Origin: Camelus ferus
Taxonomy: Eukaryota
Length of the DNA: 64,000 nt
Direction of reading: 5' to 3'
Assembly: GCF_009834535.1 (NCBI RefSeq)
Contig: NC_045696.1
Location: 36,706,001 to 36,770,000 of the forward strand
Of this stretch, positions 1 through 12,698 are shown piece by piece. How positions within the stretch are numbered: the first letter of the stretch is position 1; each line of letters opens with the position of its first letter. The translations under genes were made by a program, and so were the position numbers. A model generated the notes under the pieces. That model made no database searches. It had not been told where the DNA came from and was given only the letters and a program-made list of their open reading frames with translations.

Positions 1-657
1 TTTCAAATGTGCTGCTGGGGCATCTCTTTATTTCTTATATTACTCACAACGTTCTTAGCAAAATTAGCAGATTCTGAGGTGACTTTGGTGTATACTCATT
101 TGTTCTTGGTGACATCTTACTATTTCACCAAATCCTACCCTGGTCATGCTGGCATCTGATTCTCCTTATACCTCTGGAGTTAACGAGAGATGTAGAGTGG
201 TGGGGGGAGCATTAAGATTTTTTTCTGATAAGGTTTTAAAACCAGGGAAGAAAAGATTTTGAGACAAGGGGTTTTGCTTCTTTGACTGCTGGGGAAATAT
301 CATAGTGTTCCATGCCATCCAAATGTTCAGATATATTCTTTCTAGTTTTCAAGATGCTAGTTTTTCCAAAACAATACCATATCTTATATAAAACGATAGA
401 GCTTGGTTTCAAATTCAACTGTCATTATAAATCAGCAACTTACAGGATTAACGTTTGCATTTGTTTTCAGCTATCTTCTGTGACTACAGTTGATAAGAGC
501 TATTTTAACACCATCATAGAAAGCCCCTAGATTTAAGTGCATTACTTGAACTGAAACTTAGGAATCTGATTTTGTGCACTTCTTAATATGTCAAACAGTG
601 TTAAGAGCAACCACAAAGCTCGACAGTTCCAGTGTTTTTTTATTTTTCAAAATGTTC

Positions 658-993
658 TGTGTTAGTTTCTTAAGGCTGCCTTCCTTAACAAAGTACCACA
701 AATCCAAAATGCGTAAAAACAACAGAATTTTATTGTATCACAGTTCTGGAGGCTAGAAGTCCTAAATCAAGATGTTGGCAGGACATGCTCCCTCTGAAAT
801 CTGTAGAAGACTTCTTCCCTGCATCTTCTTAGCTTCTGATGGTTTGCAGGCATTCCTCAGTATTCTTTGGTTTACAACTGCATGCATCCAATCTCTACCT
901 TCATTTTCCCGTGTATTTCTCAATTGTCACATGGCCTTTTCCTGTGTGTTTCTTGATTTTTACACAGCTGTCTTTTTATAAAGACACCAGCTT
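658..993 (-). mobile_element. MaLR LTR (MLT1B/C-like), partial, interrupted by an L1 5' end
   Basis: Typical MLT1 reverse-strand motifs (ttagtttc..ggctgcc..aacaaagtaccacaaa, cacagttctggaggctagaagtcc..aatcaagatgttggcagg, tataaagacaccag). The remainder of the LTR is not seen after the L1. Confidence 0.85.
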
Positions 994-2492
994 GGGGCAG
1001 GATCAAGATGGCAGAGTAGGAGGGTGCTGAGCTCACCTCCCCTCATGAACTCATTAAAAATCCAACTACGTAGAGAACAACTATCACTGAAATCGCCGTG
1101 AATTCAGCAGAGTGGCTCTTCTACAACCAAGGCTGTAAGGGAAGATCCACACAGAGTCTGGTAGGCAGGGAGGAGAAGCAGTATGGTTGAGACCAGCACC
1201 CCTAGTGGGGAGCCCAGAAGAGGAGGAGGAGATCACAGGCTCAGGAATCCTCTCTAGGGAGCAAGGTATTTGAGCACATATCAGGAGCCCCAGCCATGGA
1301 GTCCAGTGCTGGGAAGATGAGCACCCTTAGCTAGTTTGAAAACCAGCTAGTAGGAGGCCTGTGAGAAAGTAGGACTCCACTCTTGAAGAGTGCACACACA
1401 GATTTGTTTGTTCTTATGGGTTTGTCACCATTTGTGAGTTCTGGCCAGCAGAAGTCCCACCGCAATGGAATGAATTACTCAAGACTCTGGAAAAGTCAAG
1501 AGAGCGAGAGGGAGTCGGGAGCCAACTCCACGAATCTCTCAAAATGCCCCCACATTTATTGTGTACAGTCAAAGGAGGAATTTAGGGAAAGACAGGGTGG
1601 GATCTAGATGGTAGAATTTGGCTCAAGGTCAGAAGACCCTTTATGTTTTGGTAAGTCATGTTCGTGTTGCCATCAACGAGCCTTACAGCTTATCAGGGCG
1701 GAACGTCTGAGAAGAAGTTGCTTAACATTTTTCTTGGACTCAGGCGGCTGTGCCTGTCTTAGGTTGCCCCCTCTGGGGGTCTTACGCGTCACTGGCTAAC
1801 CTGCCTTCTCACCTCTGAGTCTGCAGCTTTTTATAACTTGTTTACCATTCTAGCCCAAGGCTCGCTCCTTTGGGGGCCTACAGGTTACCTTTAGGGAAGT
1901 CATGGGAAGAGGGGAGCAAGATACATTCTTACGGATATGTTTAAGCAGACGGCCAGCCCAGCCAGTTCCTTGCTTTGGGGATAGAAGACTAACAGCAGGC
2001 ACGTCCAGTGCTTATAGCTGAGGGCCTGGGTCGTTGCTTTGCAAGGAGCAGAGTGCTACATAAAACCTCAACTATGCAAGCAAGGCAGTTACTAAGCACA
2101 TTTGCTCTTCTTTAAGGACACAAGTGACTGGGGTCTGTTACAATTTGTTACCCAGTCATGGGCTCCCACATATTCTCAGTCACAGCACAGAGGCAACAGA
2201 TGGTAAACTGTCCTGGGGCCCTGGCCAGCTTGCCGGGACAGCCCCAGCACGTGCCCCAGGCTGAGCTGGGCTCCTGCTCCAGCCCCTCTTTCTCTAGTGA
2301 TGCTCCCACTAAGGCAGTGGCTGCCACTGCCAACAGGAGTCTGCATGCTTGTAGGAAATGGTGCCAGCTCAGGCCTCAGCCCTGCCTCTGACCAGGGCAA
2401 AGGCAGTCGCTGCCAGCACATGCCTCCCTGCGCACAACTTGGGAAGGAGCAAAACCAGCTTGGTAATGTGGCTCCAGCCCCTCTGGCTCCCC
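994..2492 (+). mobile_element. LINE-1 5' UTR remnant, interrupted by a solo LTR at 1415-2170; rest of the element absent
   Basis: Starts GGGGCAGGATCAAGATGGC (L1 5' terminus with YY1-type AAGATGGC) and is GC-rich. Resembles the reverse-strand L1 5' end at about 12000-12196. The right boundary is approximate. Confidence 0.75.
1415..2170 (-). mobile_element. Solo LTR, class II (ERV2/beta-like)
   Basis: Termini T(A)TGGG...CCCACA, 6-bp TSD tgttct (1409-1414) / tattct (2171-2176), minus-strand AATAAA at 1555-1560, retained CpGs. Confidence 0.8.
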
Positions 2493-2699
2493 AAACTTCA
2501 TATCTTAAGGTGACAAGCAGGAATTATTAAGAGAACTAGAACGTAGCAATGTATCAAGAAGGTTCCTGTGGAAATGAGTTTTAAAAAAAATTGGTGCCAG
2601 AACTCATGCTTTTTCTCTGTCCATCTCCTAAGTTTACAGATTTCTTCGACTGTCTTCTACAAACAAAACATATTCTTAACTTTTTCCTACTCAAGCTGC

Positions 2700-4200
2700 T
2701 ATCTTAACTCTTCCTTTTTACTACAGTGTACTTCTTAAAAGAGTAATTACCCACATTGTACTCACATTCTCATAGACCATTCTCTTCTCGGCAAAATCTT
2801 TTTTTTTTTTTTTCTATTTCTTCTCCTAACTTAGAGTGTTTACTCAATCCTTCACCTGTTTTGCTGTATATTTGTCTCCAGCTCACTTGTTGGTGTTGGC
2901 ATGCCCTAGAGCAGTGTCTGTCTTTTCAGTGGAGGTGTAAGGAGAGTTCTGAATTCAGACCCTTTTTCTTCACAGTAGACACTTCCAAGGAAGCAATCTC
3001 ATTAGTACCCATGATTTTCATTGTTGCCAACATTGAAGTCTTCCACCTCGCATTCTCCAGATGCCATTTCTCAACTCTAGAGATGTATTTCCGTTTTATA
3101 CCTTCAGTAGGGAAGTTCCACTTTCAACTCTTTAAAATGGCACCCAAAGTAATAAAATACCTAGGAATAAATCTAACCAAGGAGGTGAAAGAATTATACA
3201 CAGAAAACTGTAAACCATTGATGAAGGAAATTAAAGAAGACTTTAAAAAATGGAAAGATATCCCATGCTCTTGGACTGGAAGAATCAATATTGTTAAAAT
3301 AGTCACACTGCCCAGGCAATCTACAGATTTAATGCAATCCCTATCAAATTACCCAGGACATATTTCACAGAACTAGAACAAATCATAATAAAATTTATAT
3401 GGCACCACAAAAGACCTAGAATTGCCAAAGCATTACTGAAGAAAAAGAAAGAGGCTGGAGGAATAACCCTCCCAGACTTCAGACAATACTATACAGCTAC
3501 AGTCATCAAGACAGCATGGTATTGGTACAAAAACAGACATATAGACCAATGGAACAGAATAGAGAGCCCAGAAATGAACCCACAAACTTTTGGCCAACTA
3601 ATCTTCGACAAAGGAGGCAAGAATATACAATGGAATAAAGACAGTCTCTTCAGCAAATGGTGCTGGGAAAACTGGACAGCAGCATGTAAATCAATGAAGC
3701 TAGAACACTCCCTTACACCATACACAAAAATAAACTCAAACTTGAAATGTTTTAAACCAAACATTTTTCTTCCCTGTGAACTTTCTGCTAACCATCCTCT
3801 AACATGGAAATCTTATCACTGTATTTAACATTTCTGTCTGACAGATCATCTCTCCTTTCCCATGTAATTTATTAAGTTCAGTAGATTCTACCTCTAAAAT
3901 GATTATCAAATCTACCCTTTTCTTTCCATCTGCATGTCCCCAAGTTTTCATTATTACTTACCCAAATCACTGAATCTCTTTCTAACAGATTTTTCTGCCA
4001 CAACTGTTTCCTTTGATATCACCATTGTATAGCTGCCAAAAATATCTTTCATGTCAATGTGACTATTCTGATTTAAAGGCCTTCTTACAGGATAAAATTT
4101 TAATAATTTAGCATTGCCGAACACCCCCTCTTTACAATATGTCTTCAACTTTACCATCGAGGCCATTGCTTCTTAAACTGCCTGCCAGTTTTTCCCCTCC
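2700..4200 (+). mobile_element. Degenerate L2 LINE, split by an L1 fragment at 3130-3740
   Basis: Pyrimidine-rich L2-like motifs (ttccactt...ctcaaacttgaaatgttttaaaccaaac; gattctacctctaaaat..atcaaatctacccttttctttccatc). Boundaries are approximate. Confidence 0.6.
3130..3740 (+). mobile_element. Young LINE-1 internal ORF2 fragment, no 3' UTR or poly(A)
   Basis: Translates to [44 protein letters not shown] and [27 protein letters not shown]. Near-identical to the reverse complement of about 57050-57655. Confidence 0.95.
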
Positions 4201-4654
4201 TTTAATCCATTGTGGGCAGTACTTTTATAAAATTCATTAAAAATTCTTTGTCTCAATAATTATCATTGCTGGGGTTCTGTAGCAATGTCAAATGACTATA
4301 AAAGTGTTTAAACAGTTAATTACATTTTTACAGTGTCATGGATACATCATAGTTTATACAGTCCAGCACCAGTAACACTCATCCAGTTTAGTACTTTGCT
4401 TTCCCCATAAGAGTTTTATGTAACTTTTGCAGTAATCACACCAACTATTTGAGTAGTCTGATGGAAGTTAAAAAAATGTTTGCTGAATAACTCATAGATG
4501 CCACACACACATAAAGGGATTAAACATAACTGTGTTTGTAATTTTAGAATTTTGTTGCCGTTCATAGTAATGGAAGAGTAAAAAAGTGAATATTTTAAAA
4601 AATTAGCTCTGTAAGTATAACACACACAACTGGATCAAATTGTAAATTAGTTTC

Positions 4655-5280
4655 ATCATTTTGGAAAGGTATTTGGTAATATTTGTTAAAATGAACATGT
4701 ATATCCTCAGTGACCCAGCAGTTCTGCTACTAGGTGTAGTGATATGCGCATTGTGTACTCCACAGACATATAACAGTATTTACATCAGAAGTATTCACAG
4801 TAGTCCCAAACTGGAAACTGTCCAAATATCCACCCACCATAAAATGGACTTTAAAAATTGGTATAATCATATACGATGGAATATTACTTAGCAATGAATA
4901 TAAACAAATTACAAGTATACTTAACAACATAATGGATATCTTAAATACAAATGTGAGTGAAAGGAGCCAGTTGCATAAGAGTATATGGTTTATGATTCCA
5001 TTTAAATAAAATACAAATAAAGGCACAATTGTTCTACATGTTAGAGGCCATTATGGCCAGATAATGGTTACTCTTAAAGGGGTGGTAGGGGTGGTAGCTG
5101 GTAGCACGACAGGGGCTTCTTGGATGCTACTGATATGCTACTTCTTGACATGTGTGTGCTCCACAGATTCTCATGTTCCCTTTATGAAAATTCATTAAAC
5201 TATGCAGTTATGATTTGTGGGTTGTGGGGTTTTTTTTGTTTTTTTTTTTTGGTATGTAAGTGTACTTTAGGAAAAATTTT
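4655..5280 (+). mobile_element. Old L1M (L1MC/ME-like) 3' end
   Basis: ORF2 C-terminal and 3' UTR motifs (tgacccagcagttctgctactagg, cccaaactggaaactgtccaaatatccac, tatgattccatttaaataaaat, atggttactct). Confidence 0.75.
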
Positions 5281-6699
5281 ACTTCAAAATAATTAGTTCT
5301 AGACTGAGTTTCTGCCAATGACATGCTATCCAAGAGGGAATTCCTATGGGCAGGTAATAGTGAAGGACCAAAATTTGAGAACTTAGATATAGTGGTCAAA
5401 GGAAACAGGTGACCACTAAAGCCATTCATATGGGGGAACTGTCATTTTGGATGAGTATGGAGAAAGCTGGAAAATGGAAGTCAAATTGTCAACTTTAAGG
5501 TACCCCACATTTGCATGTCAGGAGGTAAAAATGGTAACCAAAAAAGACTCAAAGAAAGAGGATAGAGAAGAAAATTAGAGAAGGTTTTAACGGGAGTTGA
5601 AAGAGCTAAGAATTTATTTTGAAACTACAGCAGTTTCAGTGATAGCAGGGGGAAAAACAAATGGCAAAAATCAATGAAATAATAGTGGATAATCTTATAG
5701 GGAATCATTGATCGCTTTGGAGAAGTGTTAATGTTTTGTCCATAATTTAAATCAGAGTTGGCATTAGTGATAAAAATAGGTGGTGAAGAACGGAGGTGGT
5801 AATCATTGCACACATTTTGAACAGTCCCACTGGTAAATATGAGGGAAAAATGATAACTTTGCAAAGAGCACTTACAAAGTTTTCTACAGTAAAAAATATA
5901 CCTCCTGAAAATATAAACTAATCATCTGTCTTCCACTTCATGTCTCTGAGGGACATTGATACCAGAAACTCTGAAAGTGGAACATACATAAATCACATGA
6001 TCATCTATTAAATTGTTTTCTAAGTTATGTATTATAGCTGTATGTATGCACGTATGTCGTTCTTATGGTGACTGAAGAAAACAGATGTTACATAAAGTAC
6101 CAATAATTGATTTTAATTACTTATTAAAATTATGAACATATGTAAGCATTTTCAAAATAGACAAAATAAAAGCTGAAGTATCTAATTAACTATGAATTGA
6201 GTTATCTATGCTCAGACAGCATAACTGATTCAATGAAACATGGCTCCATGCACTTCACATTTGTGAGAGTTTATTACATTTATTACAAACTAATTATCAC
6301 TGCAGTGTAATAGTACAACCTAAGGGGCTGGCTTGCCTTCAGTCGTTCTGAAGGTAATGGAGGTTGAAAGCTTGTCTATTCTGGTAAATAGTCCTCCTCA
6401 CTCATGAATTATCTTAATATAATATATGAAATAAGAATATATGCAGTGTAAACTTGAGAACTCCAAAACATTTAAGATGAAAATGTTGAAAGGAGGTTTC
6501 AGAAACAAAGTTGGGTCATCTGTTAAGATACAAGTGACACTGTATGATGTTTCTAGGCAGTATTTCTATCAACAAAGTGAATATGTAACTAGAAAAGCAA
6601 AACTAAACCCTTCCTTTCTTCACCGCATGGCACTACAGGAGGAGGGTAGAACTTCTCTTGTAATTAATTGCCCACCTGCAGTCTTTCAGCCACAGTGGT

Positions 6700-6941
6700 A
6701 GTGTTCTATGGTAGTTGGCTGAAAGCATATTGCCTGAGTTCAAGTCTCAGTTCCACTGCTTCCTGGGTGTGTGGTTCAGGCAAATTCCTTAATCTCTCTG
6801 TGTCACAGTTTCCTCATCAGTGAAAGGGCATGTAGGAATAGTCTCTTTGCTATAGGTGAGTGGTGAGGATTGAACAATGTAATGCATGTATAGTATTTTG
6901 AACAGTCTGGCACACAGTAAGTGCTAAATATTAGCTCTTAT
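6700..6941 (+). mobile_element. MIR SINE
   Basis: Core ggcaaattccttaatctctctgtgtcacagtttcctcatcagtgaaa and tail ctggcacacagtaagtgct. Confidence 0.85.
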
Positions 6942-7214
6942 TTCCAGTACTTGACCTCAGTCTTTGGGTATTTAAATGGAGGTGTGAGTTAATGGCTAGA
7001 AGAAGTATATAGTTCTTCATGATAAAATGTAAGCACTATGCATTTTTGTTGTTACTGAGAGAAAGAGAGAGGGAGGGAAAAGCATAAAGAAAAGGAGAGA
7101 AAGATAAGCATCAAGAAACATGAGGAGACTAGACTTGAAAGGGAGAGCATATTTGAGGTATGTTTTTTATTTTACTAGATTGTATTTTAAAGAAGAAAGT
7201 GATTTAATTTATTT

Positions 7215-7550
7215 AAGAACTTTTTGGTATAGAAATTTACAAACCTTTTAAGAAAAGGCAAAAAAATGATATGATGAACTACACCCCTCCATGTACTCAT
7301 CTCCCTGCAGCAACAATTATCAACATGTTTCATCTTACAATCTCTGCATCTCCCTCCCACAGCTGGACTATTTTAAACAAAATTTCAGCATCATATCATT
7401 TATTCTATAAATAATTCAGCATATAGTTCTGAAAGATAATGCCCCTCTTGAGATGTATAATAACCACCATTTTAGTACCACAACTGCAAAAAGAGATAAT
7501 TCCTTGGCATCACCAAATAGTCAGTGTCCCACTTTTTCCTGTTTCTCAAG
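7215..7550 (-). mobile_element. Old L1ME/MC 3' UTR fragment
   Basis: Motifs such as caacaattatcaacat, ctattttaaacaaaatttcagcatcatatcattt, taattccttggcatcaccaaatag. Confidence 0.55.
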
Positions 7551-7662
7551 AGAACATGGCTACTTCATATTCAATTTAAAATTGGTTACCTTGTTAATAT
7601 GTAGATCATATTTCCTTTCATGCTTTAATTGAAACTAGTTACACACAAAAGCTTGCTTTGGA

Positions 7663-7712
7663 TGTGTATGTGTGTCTGTGTGTGTGTCTGTGTGTCTGTG
7701 TGTGTGTGTGTG
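7663..7712. repeat. Imperfect (TG)n microsatellite
   Basis: tgtgtatgtgtgtctgtg...tgtgtgtg visible directly. Confidence 0.95.
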
Positions 7713-8399
7713 ATGGATGTCCAAATAAAGAGGTTGATCTAGGTTGCAGTGGTATGAAGTGGGAAGAGCAGTGCACTCTGAGAATGACAACAGCTGGGTG
7801 TTACACTGAATTAATCCTTCAAAAAATTACTCTGGTTTCAAACCATAGGTGAATGATTCATTCATTCAACAATTATGTATTGAGCCCTTTCTATGTATCA
7901 AGCATATTTATGGGTCCTGGGAATATGACAATTTGAGGAAAGCATAACACTTAACAAAATGCCTAGAATAAGGTTTAATCAATATGATATCTGTCTTAAG
8001 GGGCAAAATTTTCTTAACTAACATATGGTTTGCAAATGCACTTGGAAAAATATAACGTTAAACTAGCTACCAGTTCATTGTGGCTTCCAGTTTGTCTTCC
8101 CTTGTGGTATTTCACTTGATAAGGATATATAACATTGTAAAAACCAAACTTTAAAAAGAAAAGTGAGTTATTAAGGTCACGTACCTATTTTTGTTTGTAT
8201 AACGTGTTTAGGTATTTAGATTCACTACTTTGCGATAAAAGCATGATTATATTTGGCCATAGAACATCCAGCAAATTTAATAGTATTAAGATTCATTAAG
8301 TGCTAATTTCAAATCCTTTTATTTAGAAGTGTAACAATAGCAGAATATGCATTTTGAAAATCACACATACCTAAATTAAATTTTTTTTCTCTAAACACT

Positions 8400-8560
8400 T
8401 ACTACTTTGAACACATTTAGCTCAACTTCTTTGACCTTCATCTGTTTTCAAAAATGAGAATAATTGCACTAGTTGTGGCATTCTGAAGTGAGGATAAATA
8501 AAATGCCTAGAAGGCATGTAGGACAGAGACTAGAATATAGGAGATGCTCAACTAATTCAA
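8400..8560 (+). mobile_element. MIR SINE fragment
   Basis: tcaaaaatgagaataattgcac..gtgaggataaataaaatg..aggagatgctcaactaatt. Confidence 0.55.
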
Positions 8561-8724
8561 GCCGCTCTTTGCCAGGGAATTTGACTGTTATTTCTGAGTA
8601 CAACTACCATGCTGTAGGCAGTATTTATTTGCCATCAGTTTTACAACTTATTTCATATGACAAATAAATATGGTTTATTGCAGAAAATGTATAGATTTAC
8701 AGATTTGCAAATCAATTTAAAGTA

Positions 8725-8920
8725 GTTAATTGACAAGCTCAGCTTGATTTATTTGTTAATATGACCACATGTGGAAATCAAAAAAGGTAGTTCATTTGGG
8801 ATAGCTCTGATAGAAATGTATAGCAGCTAAAGTGTGAGAAACAGTAATTCTTCATTATTTCTACCAGTATGATCACCCTTGGACTACTATATTCAGTTTT
8901 GGACTCCATGTATTAGGAAG
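8725..8920 (+). mobile_element. CR1/L3 LINE fragment
   Basis: cccttggactactatattcagttttggactccatgtattaggaag resembles the L3 motif CTGGAGTACTGTGTCCAGTTCTGGGCACCACATTTTAAGAAG. Confidence 0.5.
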
Positions 8921-10870
8921 TTATATATTCTGGAAATTAAGCCATTGTCAGTTGCATCATTTGCAATATTTTCTCCCATTCTGCAGGTTGTTGTTTTGTG
9001 TTGCTTGCGGTTTCATTTGCCATGCAAAAGCTTATAAGCTTAATTAGCTCTCATTTGTTTATTCTTGCTTTTATTTCTATTGCCTGGGTAGGCTACCCTA
9101 GGAGAACATTGCTATGATTTATGTCAGAAACTGTTTCGCCTATATTTTCTTCTAGAAAGCTTATAGTGTCTTGTCTTATATTTAAGTTTTTAAGCCTTGA
9201 GTTTATTTTTGTGTATGGTGTGAGAGATTGTTCTAACTTCAGTGATTTACATGCATCTGTCCAGTTTTCCCAACACTACTTGCTGAAGAGGCTGTTTTCT
9301 CTCCATTGTATATTCTTGCCTCCTTTGTCAAAGATTAACTGACTTAAGTCTGTGGGTTTATTTCTGATCCATATGTCTGTTTTTGTGCCAATACCACACT
9401 GTTTTGTTTATTGTAGCTCTGTAGTATTGCATGGAATATGCTTTTCCATCCTTTCACTTTTAGTCTGTGTGCATCTTTAGATCTGAAGTGAATCTCTTGT
9501 AGACAGCATAGATGGTTCTTATTTTTTTTGTTCATTCAGCCACTCTGTCTTTTGGTTGGAATATTCAGTTCATTTCATGTAATTATTGATTAATGTGTAC
9601 TTATGGCAGTTTTGTTTATTGTTTTCTGGTTGTTTTTGTATTTTTTTCTCTATTCCTTTCAAGAGAAGTCTTGCTCTCTTTTTTGCAGTTTGATAACTTT
9701 CTTTAGTTTTATATATGGACTCCTTTCTCTTTATTTTTTGTGTATCTACTATAAATTTTTGGTGTGTAGTTACCATGAGGTCATTTATAAAAAGCTATGT
9801 ATATAGCAGTCCATTTTAAGTTAATGGTCACATAAGTTTGAATACATTCTAAAAACAAACTTTTACTCCTCCCTACCTTTTACATTTTTGATGTCATATT
9901 TTACACTTTTTTGTGTGTGTATCCCTTAACTAATTATTATAGTTTAGTTGATTTTACTACTATCTTTGTAAGTGATTGATTCACTACCTTTACTGTATGT
10001 TTGCTTTTGCTAGTGAGTTTTTTATTTCAAGTATTTCTAGTTATGGCCTTTTCTTTTCCACTTAAAGAATTCCCTTACATTTTTTGTAAGGCTGGTTTAG
10101 TGATGATAAACTCTTTTAATTTTGCTTATCTGGGAAACATTTTATCTCTCCTTCAGCTCTGAATAATAACCTTAGACCAGGTGGTGTATTCTTGGTTGTG
10201 AGTTTTATTTCTTTCAGCACTTTGAATATGTTGTTCCACTTCCTTCTGGTCTTTAAAATTTCTGCTGGGAAATTAGCTTATACTTTTATGGGGGTTCCCT
10301 TGTATGTAGCAAGTTGTTTTTCTTTTGCTGCCTTTAAGATCCTCTATTTATGTTTACATTTTGACATTTTAATTATAATGTGTCTTGGTGTGGGTATCTT
10401 TGGGTTCATCTTATTTGAGACTCTTTGTACTTCCTGGACTTGGACATCTGTTTTCTTCATCAGATAATGGAAGATTTTAGCCATTAGTTCTTCAAATAAG
10501 TTTTCTGTCTTTATCTCCCTCTCTTCTCCTTCTGGGAAACTTAGAAAGCAAATGTTAGTACAATTGATGTTGTTCCGATGAGTCCTTAAATAATCCTTAT
10601 TTAATTTTTTTTTTCCTGTTCCAATTGGGTGATTTCCACTACCATGTCTTCCAGATCACTAATCTTTTCTGCATCTGCTGTTGATTCCATTTATTTTTCA
10701 TTTTAAATATTGTATTCTTCAGCCATGATTGGTTCTTTTTATATTTCCTCTCTCCTTGATGAAATTCTCATTTTGTTCATCTATTCTTCTGCAAAGTTTA
10801 GTGAGCATCTTTATAATCATTATTTGGAAATTTTTATCAGGTAGAGTACTTATCTCTGTTTTGTTTAGTT

Positions 10871-10905
10871 TGTGTGTATGTGTGTGTGTGTGTGTGTGTG
10901 CGCGC
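10871..10905. repeat. (TG)n(CG)n microsatellite
   Basis: tgtgtgtatgtgtg...tgtgcgcgc. Confidence 0.95.
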
Positions 10906-11576
10906 AGTTTTGTCTTGATCTCTCATTTGGAAAACATTTCTTTATCTCTTCACTTTGCCTAACTCTTTGTGTTTGTTTCTATGTATTTAAGGCACATCAG
11001 CTACATCTCCCAGGCTTACAGGAGTGGCCTTATGTTGAAAATTTCCTGCTCAGAAAAGAAATCCCCTCTGTTCTTCAGAGCCAGTTGCTTCAGGGGTGTC
11101 CTCTGTGTAGGCTGAATGTACCTGGCAGTGCTCTGGTGAGTGGGTCTGGCCCCAGGGACCGCTGGCTGTGAGGACTGGCCAGGACTGCTGTGGATACTTT
11201 AGTGGGTACTTCTGGCCCTCAGTGGACCTGGCTATGAGGCTTGGCCACAGGCCACGGCTGTTGCCCTCATGGGCAGGGTTGGCTCTGATGTGGATGGTTT
11301 GGGGTCAGCGGCAGTATTTTTGAGTGCACTGGTAGCAAGGCTGGCCCTCTGAAGTGGGAGCTGCTTTGGGTGTGTGCTTGTCTTAGCTAAGGCTGCCTGC
11401 CAGATGTGGTGGTGTGGGAACTGCTTTGGAGGGGCTTGCCAGGGCAGATGGATTTGGCAGGGTTGGTCCTCGGGAATACTAGTGTGGGACACATGATGTT
11501 AGCTAAGCTGATGTAGAGTGACAGAAATGGAACCCATCAGCCCTGTGCCAACTATGTGGAAAGAGAGTAAAAAAAA

Positions 11577-11617
<41 letters not shown>

Positions 11618-11635
11618 GTATCTGTATCTATATAT
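11577..11635. repeat. (TATC)n tetranucleotide repeat inside the L1 5' region
   Basis: tatctatctatc... visible directly. Confidence 0.95.
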
Positions 11636-12196
11636 CGCCTGCCAGTGCTTCTGTCCCTGGAGAATGTTCCATCAGATCCCCTCCCCTTAATACATACCTT
11701 GAAATTAGTCAATCTTCTTGTATGACCCAGATGCTTTTCAAGCTGCTGCCTCTGCGCTGGAAATCAGAGTGAATGAGTCTACATATAAGCCCTTCAAGAT
11801 TGAAAACTTGATTTCCTGCAGCCCTCAGGCTCCCCTGGATATAAGCCCTGATGATTTTCGCAGCCAAACATTATGGTGTCTTATCTTTCCAGTGTAGGTC
11901 CACAGGTCTGGGGATCCTCATGTGAGGCTCGAGTCCCTCTCTCTATAAGGAGGACCTCTGTGTTCATGATATCTCCTCCTGCTTGTGGGTCACTGTGCTG
12001 AGGGTTTGAGTACTGACTATACTGCATCTCTGTGTACCTACCAGTCTCACTGTGTGTTTTCTTTATATTAGTTGTAGAAGAGCTGTTTTGCTAGTCTTTA
12101 GGTTGTTCTTAGAATTGTGTAGTAACTGTCATTTAGTGTGTCTGTGGGAGGAGGGAGCTCAGGATTTTCCTACTCCATCATTTCGATCCTGCCTCC

Positions 12197-12340
12197 TAAA
12201 AAACAAATTTTGAAAGCATCAGAAAGTGAAACACTGCATAGAGGGAAATAAAATTTAAAATACTGTAGGCTTTTCATCAGAGACTATGATAACCAGAAGA
12301 CAGTGAAACAAGATTAATGTAGTGACAGAAACAGAAATTG
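12197..12340 (+). mobile_element. Old L1M ORF1 fragment
   Basis: aaattttgaaagcatcagaaa...ggcttttcatcagagactatgataaccagaagacagtg resembles L1 ORF1 coding sequence. Confidence 0.5.
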
Positions 12341-12698
12341 TGTTGTGCTGTTTGCTCTGAGGGCATACTTCCTGTGGGGTGCTTGCAGCTGATGACTTAG
12401 TACAAGATGGATGCTAAGGCAGGCCCAATTCTATGAAATATGGGATTTTTCTGAGTCATGACTTTGGATCCAGAACTCCTCATCAGCCTGGACAAAATTT
12501 TGTTAGAACTATGCTATATTCTTAGACTGTTTCTATGCAGTCCCTCTTCTTCTCTCCTTCACAAAGGTCAGACCTGCATCGTGACCTGATAGTTCTCCTT
12601 ACTTTCTCTGATTCTCTTTTTAGGGGCATTTACACTCAAAATCTTTTGCACATCTGATTCCATTTCTACATTAACTTCTTGGAGAATCAACTAATGCA
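12340..12698 (+). mobile_element. ERVL LTR (LTR16-like)
   Basis: tgctaaggcaggcccaattc, ggtcagacctgcatcgtg, aaatcttttgcacatctgattcc..ttcttggagaatcaactaatgca. Similar to the reverse of 30650-31094. Confidence 0.75.

Larger units (their letters stand above)
8921..12196 (-). mobile_element. LINE-1 with 5' UTR, decayed ORF1 and ORF2 start, a large internal ORF2 deletion at about 9429, and no 3' end
   Basis: 5' terminus GGAGGCAGGATCGAAATGATGG at 12196. Endonuclease motif [27 protein letters not shown] (9344-9535) joins directly to late-ORF2 sequence (8921-9429). Confidence 0.9.

Noticed and set aside
2756..3376. 206-aa ORF
   Set aside because: Chance read-through from L2-derived sequence into an L1 ORF2 fragment. 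It starts at TTG and is frameshifted downstream.
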